Part shown: positions 28,351 through 37,090 of the stretch, piece after piece
Layout: each line of letters begins with the position of its first letter
How positions within the stretch are numbered: position 1 is the first letter of the stretch
Position numbers and translations under genes: made by a program
Assembly (NCBI GenBank): GCA_963824315.1
Contig: CAWGOX010000010.1
Location: 50,308 to 114,307 of the forward strand
From: an uncultured Acidobacteriaceae bacterium
Lineage (GTDB): Bacteria > Acidobacteriota > Terriglobia > Terriglobales > Acidobacteriaceae
Length of the DNA stretch: 64,000 nt
Direction of reading: 5' to 3'
The notes under the pieces: model-generated
The model's database searches: none
Told to the model about the DNA's origin: nothing
What the model saw: only the letters and a program-made list of their open reading frames with translations

Positions 28351-29271
28351 CTAAAACCTGGCGCCCAGCGCCGACAACTGTTGTTCTAGAGCGACAAAAT
28401 CGTTCAGCACCAGCCAGCGAGATCCCGCAGTAGCGCGCTCCAGTCCAAGCGCAGGCGGGCCACCCAGCCACAGCGCGGTGGATCGTTGGGCCTTGCGGGC
28501 AATAAAGTTCAACTCCTGCAAAAGGTCGGGACCGGGAACACTACTGAGGCTCAGCAGCACCACATCCGCGTCACTTTTTCGTGACGCCCACACGATGTCC
28601 GCGGCGGGCAAGTCGGATCCCAAATAAATCACGCCAAGGCCGCCGACCGCGGTCAGCATGGCAGCGGCAAGATTGGCGAATCCGTGGCGCTCATTTCGGG
28701 GCGTCGCTAACAACACACGAGCCGGTGGATTGGTTGGCGAATACGTTCGGACCATCGAAGCGAGCAGCGCGCTGAGCAGGTTGGTCAACATGTGCTCCTG
28801 AGCAATACTGCATTTCCCGGCGTGCCAGCGTTCGCCGATGATCCGCATCAGAGGCAGTGCTGCTTCATGCACAAAGTCTCTAGGACTGGCCATCGCAGTG
28901 GCCAGACGGTTGATTTCGCGATCCGTGGCGGCGTAATCGAAGCGTTCAATCTCACGCAGGATGGGCAGTAGCAAATCCTGCGACGCCGCCTCTTTCCGGA
29001 TCGTTTTCTTGTTCTTGGCGGCGAGAGAATCACCCGCATCGAGAAGCTCGCGCAATTGTCCATCTTTAATCGCAGCGACCTGTCCGATTGCGTGCCCTTG
29101 TTCGACCACCTGCCGCAGAAGAATCAGTCGCTTAATTTGCTCCGCGGAATACACACGTCCGCGCGCAGAACGTGAGGGTACAACCGCGCTGTAACGACGC
29201 TCCCAAGCCCGAAGCGTGTCGAGGGGAATGCCCGTCAGTTTGGCAGCAGCGCTGATGGGATACGAGGACAT
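28351..29271 (-). CDS. carH: MerR-family, B12-binding light-responsive transcriptional regulator (CarH/LitR type)
   Basis: N-terminal MerR helix-turn-helix (YPISAAAKLTGIPLDTLRAWERRY). A four-helix-bundle Wx9EH motif, RWHAGKCSIAQEH, at 28792-28827. A Rossmann B12 domain, VLLATPRNERHGFANLAAAML ... YLGSDLP ... LGG, that parallels Thermus CarH. The start is chosen at ATG 29271; the track uses TTG 29298. Confidence 0.85.
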   Translation of the reverse strand: MSSYPISAAAKLTGIPLDTLRAWERRYSAVVPSRSARGRVYSAEQIKRLILLRQVVEQGHAIGQVAAIKDGQLRELLDAGDSLAAKNKKTIRKEAASQDLLLPILREIERFDYAATDREINRLATAMASPRDFVHEAALPLMRIIGERWHAGKCSIAQEHMLTNLLSALLASMVRTYSPTNPPARVLLATPRNERHGFANLAAAMLTAVGGLGVIYLGSDLPAADIVWASRKSDADVVLLSLSSVPGPDLLQELNFIARKAQRSTALWLGGPPALGLERATAGSRWLVLNDFVALEQQLSALGARF

Positions 29272-29292
29272 TCGATGGGTGGATCGTAACAC

Positions 29293-29340
29293 TGACAAGT
29301 ATAGCTGTCAATGAATTGTCATGGACAAATGATTGACAAT
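29293..29340. promoter_or_regulatory. candidate CarH/LitR operator and divergent promoter region
   Basis: Clustered TGACA/TGTCA half-sites: TGACA 29293, TGTCA 29306, TGTCA 29317, GACAA 29324, and TTGACA 29333-29338. Spacing is about 10-13 bp, and two short palindromes are present (TGACA-N8-TGTCA and TTGTCATGGACAA). The site lies between carH and the desaturase operon. Confidence 0.3.
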
Positions 29341-29418
29341 ACCTAGGGCGAGATGTACAAGAAGATGAAGGCAATCCGCAGCTAGCCCTGGAAACGTACC
29401 TGATACGAAGGGCTCAAA

Positions 29419-30264
29419 GTGCCCCACCTCAAGGAACTTTCTGTGATCGAGCGCTTGAACCACTACAGTTTCGGGACGGTCATACCGTTCGTGCTACTGC
29501 ACGCGGGATGCGTAGCGTTATTTTTCATACCCTTTCGTTGGTCGTACGTTTGGCTGATGCTGGCTTTATATGCGGTCCGGATGTTTGGCATCACGGCTGG
29601 ATACCACCGCTATTTCAGTCATCGCACCTACAAAATGGCCCGAGCATGGCAATTCCTGATGGCGTTCCTGGCTGAGACGTCGGGACAAAAGGGTGTTCTG
29701 TGGTGGGCGGCTCATCATCGCGTTCATCATCAGCACGCGGACAAGGAACGCGACATTCATTCACCAGGGCTACGCGGATTCTGGTGGGCTCATGTTGGGT
29801 GGGTGCTGTCCAACGACTATGACGGATACGATCCGGCGCTGATCAAAGACTTCAGCAAATTTCCTGAACTGCGCTGGCTTGACAAGCATTACCTAGTGCC
29901 CCCCGCAGTGCTTGGCGGATTGCTGCTGGTGGTTGGTGGGACGGGGGCTTTTGTTTGGGGATTTGTTGCATCGACTGTTCTGTTGTTCCACGGGACGTTT
30001 GCGATCAATTCGCTGGCGCATCTTTGGGGGTCGCGACGGTTTGATACTCCGGACGATAGCCGCAACAATTTCGTGCTTGCCATCGTGACGCTGGGTGAGG
30101 GGTGGCACAACAATCACCATAAGTTCATGTATGCATGTCAGCAGGGGATTCGTTGGTGGGAAGTGGATTTCACCTTTTACGCGCTGAAGGTCTTGAGTTG
30201 GTTGGGAGTTACGCGAGACCTGCGTGGCATCCGCCTGCCGATTTCAGAGGGTAATGCGCGATGA
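29419..30264 (+). CDS. acyl-CoA/acyl-lipid delta-9-type fatty acid desaturase
   Basis: Three histidine boxes (HRYFSH, HHRVHH, HNNHH) and the transmembrane topology typical of membrane desaturases. GTG start. Confidence 0.9.
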   Translation: MPHLKELSVIERLNHYSFGTVIPFVLLHAGCVALFFIPFRWSYVWLMLALYAVRMFGITAGYHRYFSHRTYKMARAWQFLMAFLAETSGQKGVLWWAAHHRVHHQHADKERDIHSPGLRGFWWAHVGWVLSNDYDGYDPALIKDFSKFPELRWLDKHYLVPPAVLGGLLLVVGGTGAFVWGFVASTVLLFHGTFAINSLAHLWGSRRFDTPDDSRNNFVLAIVTLGEGWHNNHHKFMYACQQGIRWWEVDFTFYALKVLSWLGVTRDLRGIRLPISEGNAR

Positions 30265-31529
30265 GTCGGATCGCGGTGATTGGTGCGGGCATTTCGGGTA
30301 TGGCTGCTGCTTACCTTCTTAGTGAGAAGCACGAGGTAAGTTTGTTCGAGAAGGAAGATCGCCTGGGTGGCCACACTCACACGCACACGATCGAAACCAG
30401 TTGCGGACCGCTGCCAATCGATACGGGATTTATTGTCCACAACGATCGAACATATCCGAATCTGGTGCGGCTATTCAGTCGCATGGGATTGAAGCGACAA
30501 AAGAGCGATATGTCATTTGGAGTCTCCTGCCGTCGCACGGGATTTGAATACAGCAGTCGCGGATTGCGAGGACTTTTTGCCGGCGGAAACTGGCATCGTC
30601 CTGGGCATTACAAATTTCTCTCGGAGATTGTGCGATTCAACCGGGAGGCGCGTCGCTTACTAGCGGATCCCGCTAGAGCAGATATCACCTTGCGCGACTA
30701 TTTGCGTTCTCATCAATTTGGCGGAGAGTTTTCCCGCTACTATCTGCATCCCATGGCGGCGGCGGTTTGGTCTATGTCGCTCGAAGAAATTGAAGAGTTT
30801 CCCGCCTTGACGTTAATTCGCTTTTTCGACAATCACGGTTTCCTTGGATTAACGACGCAGGCGCAGTGGTACGTGTTGCAAGGTGGTAGCAGCACGTACA
30901 TTCCGCCGATGACGGCTCCTTATAGGGAGAGGATTCGGCTCGGTGCAAAGATTGGTTCGGTGACTCGGACTGCATCAGCAGTGCAAATTGAATTCACTGA
31001 TCGAGCGCCTGAGAAGTTCGATCAAGTGGTCTTCGCGTGTCACGCTCCTCAAACGATGCAGTTGCTGCGAGATGCAACGCCGGCTGAGACCCAAGTTTTG
31101 GGAAGCTTTCGAACAAGTCGTAACGAAACGGTGCTTCATACGGACTCCCGGTTGTTGCCCACACAACCAGAAGCTCGCGCGTCGTGGAATTACCACCTCG
31201 GGATTGAGCGTCGGGCGGCCACTCTGACGTATCACATGAACCGTCTGCAGGGATTGCCGACGAAGGAGGACTATTGCGTCACCCTGAATGACACCGCGTC
31301 AATCGATTCGCGGTGCGTTCTGCGCGAGATGACCTACTTTCATCCTCTATATACATTGGACGCGATTCGCGCTCAGGCGCGCTGGTCGGAGATTAGCGGC
31401 CGCCATCGGGCGCACTTCTGCGGCGCTTACTGGGCTTACGGATTCCACGAAGATGGGCTGAATTCGGCGATCCGCGTTGCAGAGACTCTCGGCGTTCGTT
31501 GGGCTGTTGGCTCGGAGGCGGCGGCGTGA
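30261..31529 (+). CDS. NAD(P)/FAD-dependent oxidoreductase, amine-oxidase / phytoene-desaturase-like
   Basis: The N-terminal dinucleotide fold IAVIGAGISGMAAAYLL ... VSLFEKEDRLGGHT and the C-terminal FCGAYWAYGFHEDG motif of this family. 4-nt overlap with the desaturase gene. Confidence 0.85.
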   Translation: MSRIAVIGAGISGMAAAYLLSEKHEVSLFEKEDRLGGHTHTHTIETSCGPLPIDTGFIVHNDRTYPNLVRLFSRMGLKRQKSDMSFGVSCRRTGFEYSSRGLRGLFAGGNWHRPGHYKFLSEIVRFNREARRLLADPARADITLRDYLRSHQFGGEFSRYYLHPMAAAVWSMSLEEIEEFPALTLIRFFDNHGFLGLTTQAQWYVLQGGSSTYIPPMTAPYRERIRLGAKIGSVTRTASAVQIEFTDRAPEKFDQVVFACHAPQTMQLLRDATPAETQVLGSFRTSRNETVLHTDSRLLPTQPEARASWNYHLGIERRAATLTYHMNRLQGLPTKEDYCVTLNDTASIDSRCVLREMTYFHPLYTLDAIRAQARWSEISGRHRAHFCGAYWAYGFHEDGLNSAIRVAETLGVRWAVGSEAAA

Positions 31530-32326
31530 TGGAGTCGGGAATCTATTCCGGAACATTGCGCCATCGGCGCTTCAGCCCGGCAGTGCACGAGTTTACCTAT
31601 CCCTTGTTCATGGTGTTTCTCGATATTGAACGGATGCCTGAGTTGATGGATGTGTCTCCGATTGCCGGGTATAACCGGCGCAACCTTGTTTCGTATCAGG
31701 AGCGCGATCACTTCGGAGATCCCGCGAAGAAGCTGCGGGACAGGATGTCGATCGAGGCGCAACGAAAAGGAATTGCAATCCCAGAGGGACGAATTTTCCT
31801 GCTCACGCATCTTCGCTACCTCGGATACAACTTCAATCCCGTTTCTTTTTTCTACTGCTACGACCGGAAAGACCGGCTGCAAACAATTATGGCTGAAGTG
31901 AACAATACGTTTGGAGAGACGCAAAACTACTGGCTCACACCGGCTGTTGAACTTCCAGCGGGGCTGAACAAGAAATATCGATTTCCAAAGACATTCCATG
32001 TGTCGCCGTTTATGAAGCTGGGACACGAATATGAATGGACGTTCACGCCTCCGGGCGAGGGACTGGTGACGGAATGTATCAGTCATGAAGATGGGAAAGT
32101 CATTTTCGATTCGACGTTGAAGATGGAACGGAGTGAGTGGTCGCGAGCCTCGCTGCATCGGGCGATTGTGCGGTTTCCGTGGATGACGGCGAAGGTGATT
32201 GCCGCCATTCATTGGCAGGCTCTGCGACTGTTGATAAAGCGCGTTCCTGTGGCACCACATCCGGGTGCGGGACATTTTGAACCGGCAACAGCGCGACATT
32301 TGGGGGCGTCATGGCGAGCGGAGTAA
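31529..32326 (+). CDS. DUF1365 family protein
   Basis: ATG overlaps the upstream TGA (TGATG). The N-terminus SGIYSGTLRHRRFSPAVHEFTYPLFMVFLDI is the characteristic DUF1365 start. This family is usually found next to cfa-like genes. Confidence 0.8.
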   Translation: MESGIYSGTLRHRRFSPAVHEFTYPLFMVFLDIERMPELMDVSPIAGYNRRNLVSYQERDHFGDPAKKLRDRMSIEAQRKGIAIPEGRIFLLTHLRYLGYNFNPVSFFYCYDRKDRLQTIMAEVNNTFGETQNYWLTPAVELPAGLNKKYRFPKTFHVSPFMKLGHEYEWTFTPPGEGLVTECISHEDGKVIFDSTLKMERSEWSRASLHRAIVRFPWMTAKVIAAIHWQALRLLIKRVPVAPHPGAGHFEPATARHLGASWRAE

Positions 32327-33660
32327 GTACGAATACCTCTGACAGTATGGTTCACTCACAGAATATTGTTCATAAGATCGCGAGGGCGATATTTCTGAAG
32401 ACGTTGTCTGGTCTTAGGGACGGGAGTCTGGAGTTAGTTTGTCGCGAGGGCACGTATCACTTCGGAGATCGTCATCAGGGCGATCGTCGTCAGAACGGCG
32501 AAAACGAAGAACTTCACGCCGTGGTCGCGGTGAACAACGAACGCTTTTTCCTGCGGGCGCTGCTAGCCGGAGATGTTGGTGTAGGCGAGGCCTACATGGA
32601 TGGCGATTGGTCCACACCGGATCTGGTGGCCGTAGTACGTTTGGCGGTGCGAAATCTTGAACAGCTTGACGGCAGCAATCGACTCTTTACGGCGTTTCGA
32701 AGGGCTGCGGATTTAATCTCTCACCGCAGCAATCGCAACACGCAGTCTGGAAGCCGCCGCAACATTTCTTATCATTACGATCTAGGCAACGATTTTTATC
32801 GTCTCTTCCTTGATCGCAATCTGGCGTATTCATGCGCTTATTACGAAAGATCAGATGATTCGCTAGAGCAGGCGCAAATCAACAAGTTCGATCGTATCTG
32901 CCGGAAGCTTGAGTTGAACTCTCAAGATCACGTTCTGGAAATTGGGACTGGCTGGGGTGGATTCGCAGCATATGCCGCGGAGACTTACGGATGCCGTATC
33001 ACCACCACCACCATCAGTCGAGAGCAGCACGAGTACGCACGAGAAATGTTTGCGCGGATTCCGGCGGGCGGAAGAATCGAATTGCTGCTCGAAGATTATC
33101 GAAATCTAAAGGGGCAATACGACAAGATTGTCAGTATCGAAATGTTCGAGGCGGTCGGCTATGAACATTACGATGATTATTTCGGAGCCTGCAATCGTCT
33201 GCTTAAGCCGCAGGGCGCTATGTTGCTGCAGACCATTACGATTCTGGAGTCGAAGTTCCAGCAGTATCGCAAGCAAAGCGATTGGATCAAGAAATACATC
33301 TTTCCTGGCGCTGAGCTGGCGTCAGTGACGGAGATTGAACGATCGCTAGTTCGCGCGACGGGGATGAAGTTATTTAATCTGGAAGATATCGGGATGCACT
33401 ACTCCTTGACGCTGCGCGAGTGGCGTCGCCGGTTTTTGGATCGGTTGCCGGAGGTGCGTGAGCAGGGTTTTGACGATCGCTTCGTCCGTATGTGGGACTA
33501 CTATCTCGCCTATTGCGAAGGCGCGTTTCGCGAGGGATACATCGGCGACGTGCAACTGGTACTCACAAAAGTAGCAAACCCGAAGCCGCTGTTTGGCGAT
33601 AGAAATATCGACGGCGGGACGGCGCACGCTGAACGGGGCGGAGCGTTGGCGAGAGTGTAG
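32311..33660 (+). CDS. cfa: cyclopropane-fatty-acyl-phospholipid synthase family SAM-dependent methyltransferase
   Basis: ISYHYDLGNDFYRLFLDRNLAYSCAYY, VLEIGTGWGGFA, IEMFEAVG and MWDYYLAYCEGAFREGYIGDVQ are canonical CFA synthase motifs. Confidence 0.9.
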   Translation: MASGVSTNTSDSMVHSQNIVHKIARAIFLKTLSGLRDGSLELVCREGTYHFGDRHQGDRRQNGENEELHAVVAVNNERFFLRALLAGDVGVGEAYMDGDWSTPDLVAVVRLAVRNLEQLDGSNRLFTAFRRAADLISHRSNRNTQSGSRRNISYHYDLGNDFYRLFLDRNLAYSCAYYERSDDSLEQAQINKFDRICRKLELNSQDHVLEIGTGWGGFAAYAAETYGCRITTTTISREQHEYAREMFARIPAGGRIELLLEDYRNLKGQYDKIVSIEMFEAVGYEHYDDYFGACNRLLKPQGAMLLQTITILESKFQQYRKQSDWIKKYIFPGAELASVTEIERSLVRATGMKLFNLEDIGMHYSLTLREWRRRFLDRLPEVREQGFDDRFVRMWDYYLAYCEGAFREGYIGDVQLVLTKVANPKPLFGDRNIDGGTAHAERGGALARV

Positions 33661-33814
33661 CGAACGTGCGAACATAGTTGAGAACAAGTTGAAAGACAGT
33701 GCGGACTGCCTGGGAAGACATCGACCGGGTAGTTTCAGAAATTGGGTTTCGCATCTCCGGCCCCGTAGGCGCGAGCCAACACAATTCTCACGAACCGTAT
33801 TTACTTTGGAGATC

Positions 33815-34351
33815 ATGAACATGAAGACTCTTGCACGATTCGCATTTTGCGTAGCTTTGTTGTCGCTCACTCCTCTCATGCTGTTCGCCGGTTCTGCGCC
33901 CGCGATCGGCAGCATGGCGCCGGAATTCACGCTCAATTCACAGGAAGGCTCTCCCATTAGCTTGAAAGACTATCGCGGCAAATGGGTGGTGCTCTATTTT
34001 TATCCAAAAGACTTCACCAGCGGCTGCACCATTGAAGCGCATAACTTTCAGCGCGATCTGGAGCAGTACAAACAGAAGAATGCCGTGATTCTTGGCGTTA
34101 GCGTTGATAGCGCGGATTCGCACAAGCAGTTTTGCACCAAGGAAGGCCTGAACTTCAAATTGCTGGCCGACACCGACCACAAGGTTTCGAGTGACTATGA
34201 CTCGCTCACCAACATGGGGCTGGTGAAGTTTGCGGCGCGTCACACGTTCATCATTAACCCCGACGGAAAAGTCGTGAAGGAATACATGGATGTGAATCCG
34301 AGCCAGCACAGTGCTGAAGTGTTGGCGGCGCTCGCAGACTTGCAGAAGTAA
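33815..34351 (+). CDS. bcp: secreted peroxiredoxin, Bcp/PrxQ type
   Basis: ATG at 33815 after GGAG. Signal peptide MNMKTLARFAFCVALLSLTPLMLFA. Active-site motif YFYPKDFTSGCTIEA. The track ORF start at 33593 would add 74 non-homologous residues. Confidence 0.85.
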   Translation: MNMKTLARFAFCVALLSLTPLMLFAGSAPAIGSMAPEFTLNSQEGSPISLKDYRGKWVVLYFYPKDFTSGCTIEAHNFQRDLEQYKQKNAVILGVSVDSADSHKQFCTKEGLNFKLLADTDHKVSSDYDSLTNMGLVKFAARHTFIINPDGKVVKEYMDVNPSQHSAEVLAALADLQK

Positions 34352-34375
34352 ATAGTGACAATGCAGGGGACGCCG

Positions 34376-34401
34376 TAGAGACGGGGCAAGCCCCGTCTCT
34401 A
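34376..34401 (+). terminator. Rho-independent-like terminator after bcp
   Basis: Perfect 11-bp stem TAGAGACGGGG / CCCCGTCTCTA with a 4-nt loop, followed by TTCGGCGATTT. Confidence 0.6.
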
Positions 34402-34444
34402 TTCGGCGATTTGTATAACAACTCCATCCCATGAACTCCATCCG

Positions 34445-35467
34445 ATGAAATACGACGCCATCCTTATTACATCGTTCGGTGGTCCTGAGCGTCCTGAGGA
34501 TGTCACGCCATTTTTGGAGAATGTGCTGCGCGGGAAGAATGTACCTCGCGAGCGCATGCTTGAAGTGGCGGAGCACTACTATCACTTCGGGGGCAAGAGC
34601 CCGATCAACGAACAGAATCGTCAACTGATTTTCGCGTTGAAAGACGAATTGGAGCAGCACGGGCCGCATCTTCCGATCTATTGGGGTAATCGCAACTGGC
34701 ATCCGATGCTCGCGGACACATTGCGGCAGATGAAGGATGACGGAATCCAGCGAGCCCTCGCTTTTGTAACCTCCGCCTACAGTTCCTATTCAAGTTGTCG
34801 GCAGTATCGCGAGGATATTGCGCGCGCACAGGCAGCGGTGGGAGTGGGCGCGCCGGTGGTCGATAAGATTCGCGCTTTTTATAATCATCCGGGATTTGTG
34901 GAGGCAGTCGTCGAGCAAGTGGGAGAAGCGCTGGTGCAGTTTCCGGAAGAGCGTCGCGAAAACGTACATCTCGTCTATACAGCCCACAGCATTCCGATGG
35001 GGATGGCGGAAAACTCCGATTACGAGAAGCAACTGCGAGAGACCGCGAAGCTCGTCGCGGAGAGCTTGGGCAAGAAAAATTGGCAGCTCGTCTATCAGAG
35101 CCGCAGTGGACCGCCATCGCAGCCTTGGCTGGAGCCGGACATTCTCGACCATTTGCGAGAAATCAAGAGTGGTGGAGCGACCGATGTAGTGATCGCCCCG
35201 ATTGGTTTTGTCTCCGATCATATGGAAATTCTGTTTGATCTGGACACACAGGCCCGCGATTTGTGCGCGGAATTGGGATTGAATATGGTCCGCGCGAAGA
35301 CGGTCGGGACTCATCCTCGATTCGTTACGATGATTCGCGAACTGATCTGCGAACGGATCGAAGAGAATCGAGCGCGGTTGGCTTTGGGAGTTCTCGGTCC
35401 TCGTCCTGACCTGTGCCCGGAGGATTGCTGTCCTGTGCCGAAGAGGCCGTCCAAGCCCACGATCTAG
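34445..35467 (+). CDS. hemH: ferrochelatase
   Basis: AILITSFGGPERPEDVTPFLENV, YTAHSIP and FVSDHMEILFDLD motifs. Confidence 0.9.
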   Translation: MKYDAILITSFGGPERPEDVTPFLENVLRGKNVPRERMLEVAEHYYHFGGKSPINEQNRQLIFALKDELEQHGPHLPIYWGNRNWHPMLADTLRQMKDDGIQRALAFVTSAYSSYSSCRQYREDIARAQAAVGVGAPVVDKIRAFYNHPGFVEAVVEQVGEALVQFPEERRENVHLVYTAHSIPMGMAENSDYEKQLRETAKLVAESLGKKNWQLVYQSRSGPPSQPWLEPDILDHLREIKSGGATDVVIAPIGFVSDHMEILFDLDTQARDLCAELGLNMVRAKTVGTHPRFVTMIRELICERIEENRARLALGVLGPRPDLCPEDCCPVPKRPSKPTI

Positions 35468-35655
35468 CGATGATTCCGGCCTCACCTCCCGATTAGAAAC
35501 CAAATGTCCTCGTTCAACCGGTATTCAATCGGTTGACGGACATTCACTTTAGTAACTGCCATCGCTTCGAAATCCGATAACTTGTCTCCAACTCATGGGT
35601 TATAAGAAGTAGGCCGGGCTCTGACACTTTGCCGGCCACAAGGTGAATACGATCC

Positions 35656-36108
35656 ATGAAGCTCAATCGAATTGCCGCATTGCTCGTTTTAATTCCGGCG
35701 TTGGCCTTGCTCTCGCGGGCAGATGATCCGGGCCACCATCCGGCGTACCTTCACGCCCTCACCGACTTGCGCCACGCGCGCGCTCATTTGGAGCGATTGT
35801 CTCCATCGGATCGCGTCGACAACGAAGAAGAACATGCGATTCGCGAAATTGACGCCGCAATCAATGAGATCAAACAAGCGGCGATTGATGACGGCAAGAA
35901 CTTGAACGACCACCCCAGCGTTGATGCTCACCTGGGACACAAAGGCCGCTACCACCGGGCGTTGGAGTTACTCGACAAAGCGCACCACGACATTTCAGAA
36001 CGAGAGGATGATGGGTTTGCGCACGGTCTGAAGCATCGTGCCCTGGAGCACATTGACGAAGCGCACCGCATTGTCGATCACCTGATCGTCCAGGCGGCGA
36101 ACGACTAA
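35656..36108 (+). CDS. secreted His/Asp-rich helical hypothetical protein
   Basis: Signal peptide MKLNRIAALLVLIPALALLSRA-DD, followed by repeated HxxALxxLxxA-type helical segments. I recognise no family. Confidence 0.5.
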   Translation: MKLNRIAALLVLIPALALLSRADDPGHHPAYLHALTDLRHARAHLERLSPSDRVDNEEEHAIREIDAAINEIKQAAIDDGKNLNDHPSVDAHLGHKGRYHRALELLDKAHHDISEREDDGFAHGLKHRALEHIDEAHRIVDHLIVQAAND

Positions 36109-36195
36109 GGAAGAGTTGTCGAGCGGTTCAATGAAATGAAAATGAATCAAAAACGCCCCGTTCCGGGTTCAACCTGGACGGGGATTCTTGCGTTG

Positions 36196-36960
36196 TCAGG
36201 GACCGTTATTTTTCGCGCGTTTTTTCGCTTCGGCTAACTGTTGCGGCGTCATTCTCTTTACCAACTCTTTCATCTTTTGACCGCTGTGCTCGACGTGGTT
36301 CTTCTTGGCGCGCGCGTACCAAACATAGGCCGTCGGCAAATCGCTTCCATGAGACGAGAGATAGTCTCCCATTGCGAACTCAGCTTTGGGGAAGCCTTGT
36401 CTCGCGGATTTCTCCAGATAGTCCGGTCCCCGATACTCATATTTCATGTCTGGGCTGTCGGACAGGAACAATAGCGCAAGTTCGTATTGGGATTTTGCAT
36501 CCCCCGCATCCGCCAGCGGGATCAAGTTGGCGTACTTCGGAGGGCTAGTGTTGCCGAGAAAAGAAAAGAGCACCTCGACGCTCACGATGACTGCTACAGG
36601 CGCGCCGTCCTTCGTTGCTGGACTAAATCTCCACCGCCGAACGGCCGCGATTGCTCTTTCGTCGAGCTCCACACCCAGTGACTTCTTTACTGCGATGTCA
36701 CGAGGCAGGCCGTTAGGATCGACGACTACCGACAACACGCAAGTGCCGGTAAAGTGCGCCTTTTGAGGTTCGTCAGTGTATTCGGGTTCGGGACCGTAAA
36801 TGACCCGTGGCGCGCTGACGTCGCCTCCGACCTTAAGAATGGCGTTTGGGTTGGTAGCTTTCTCAGAGTCAGATGGTGGCTGCGTTTGTGCGCGCAGCGG
36901 GGACGGGATCGCCAGCAACAAGATTGCGGTCCAAACAATTGAAGAAGTCGTGCGACACAT
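36196..36960 (-). CDS. secreted protein with a TonB C-terminal-like domain and Sel1/TPR-like repeats
   Basis: Signal peptide. The TonB_C-like segment is GTCVLSVVVDPNGLPRDIAVKKSLGVELDERAIAAVRRWRFSPATKDGAPV. It is followed by Sel1-like GDAKSQYELALLF and GFPKAEFAMGDYL. Confidence 0.65.
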   Translation of the reverse strand: MCRTTSSIVWTAILLLAIPSPLRAQTQPPSDSEKATNPNAILKVGGDVSAPRVIYGPEPEYTDEPQKAHFTGTCVLSVVVDPNGLPRDIAVKKSLGVELDERAIAAVRRWRFSPATKDGAPVAVIVSVEVLFSFLGNTSPPKYANLIPLADAGDAKSQYELALLFLSDSPDMKYEYRGPDYLEKSARQGFPKAEFAMGDYLSSHGSDLPTAYVWYARAKKNHVEHSGQKMKELVKRMTPQQLAEAKKRAKNNGP

Positions 36961-37090
36961 GATCGAACCGAAGTCTAACAGAACAACCAGCAGGCAAGGG
37001 GGCCGGATATTGGCTGGCTAATTCCTGCAACTAATTAATTAATTGCAGGAATCAGCGTGGCGGAGCGATGCTTCCTTTTCGCGGGCCGAT

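Noticed and set aside
31436-32299. Long minus-strand ORFs overlapping plus-strand genes: 31436-32299, 33938-34702, 34790-35503 and 41505-42191
   Set aside because: Each is antisense to a confidently identified gene (DUF1365, bcp/hemH, hemH, atpF) and has no recognisable domain.
33593-33814. 74-aa N-terminal extension of the peroxiredoxin ORF; similar extensions at 22764-22847 (coxD), 31499-31528 (DUF1365), 47962-48000 and 52727-52867
   Set aside because: The extensions lack homology-like sequence, overlap upstream genes, or precede an internal start that has a good Shine-Dalgarno sequence followed directly by a signal or Tat peptide.
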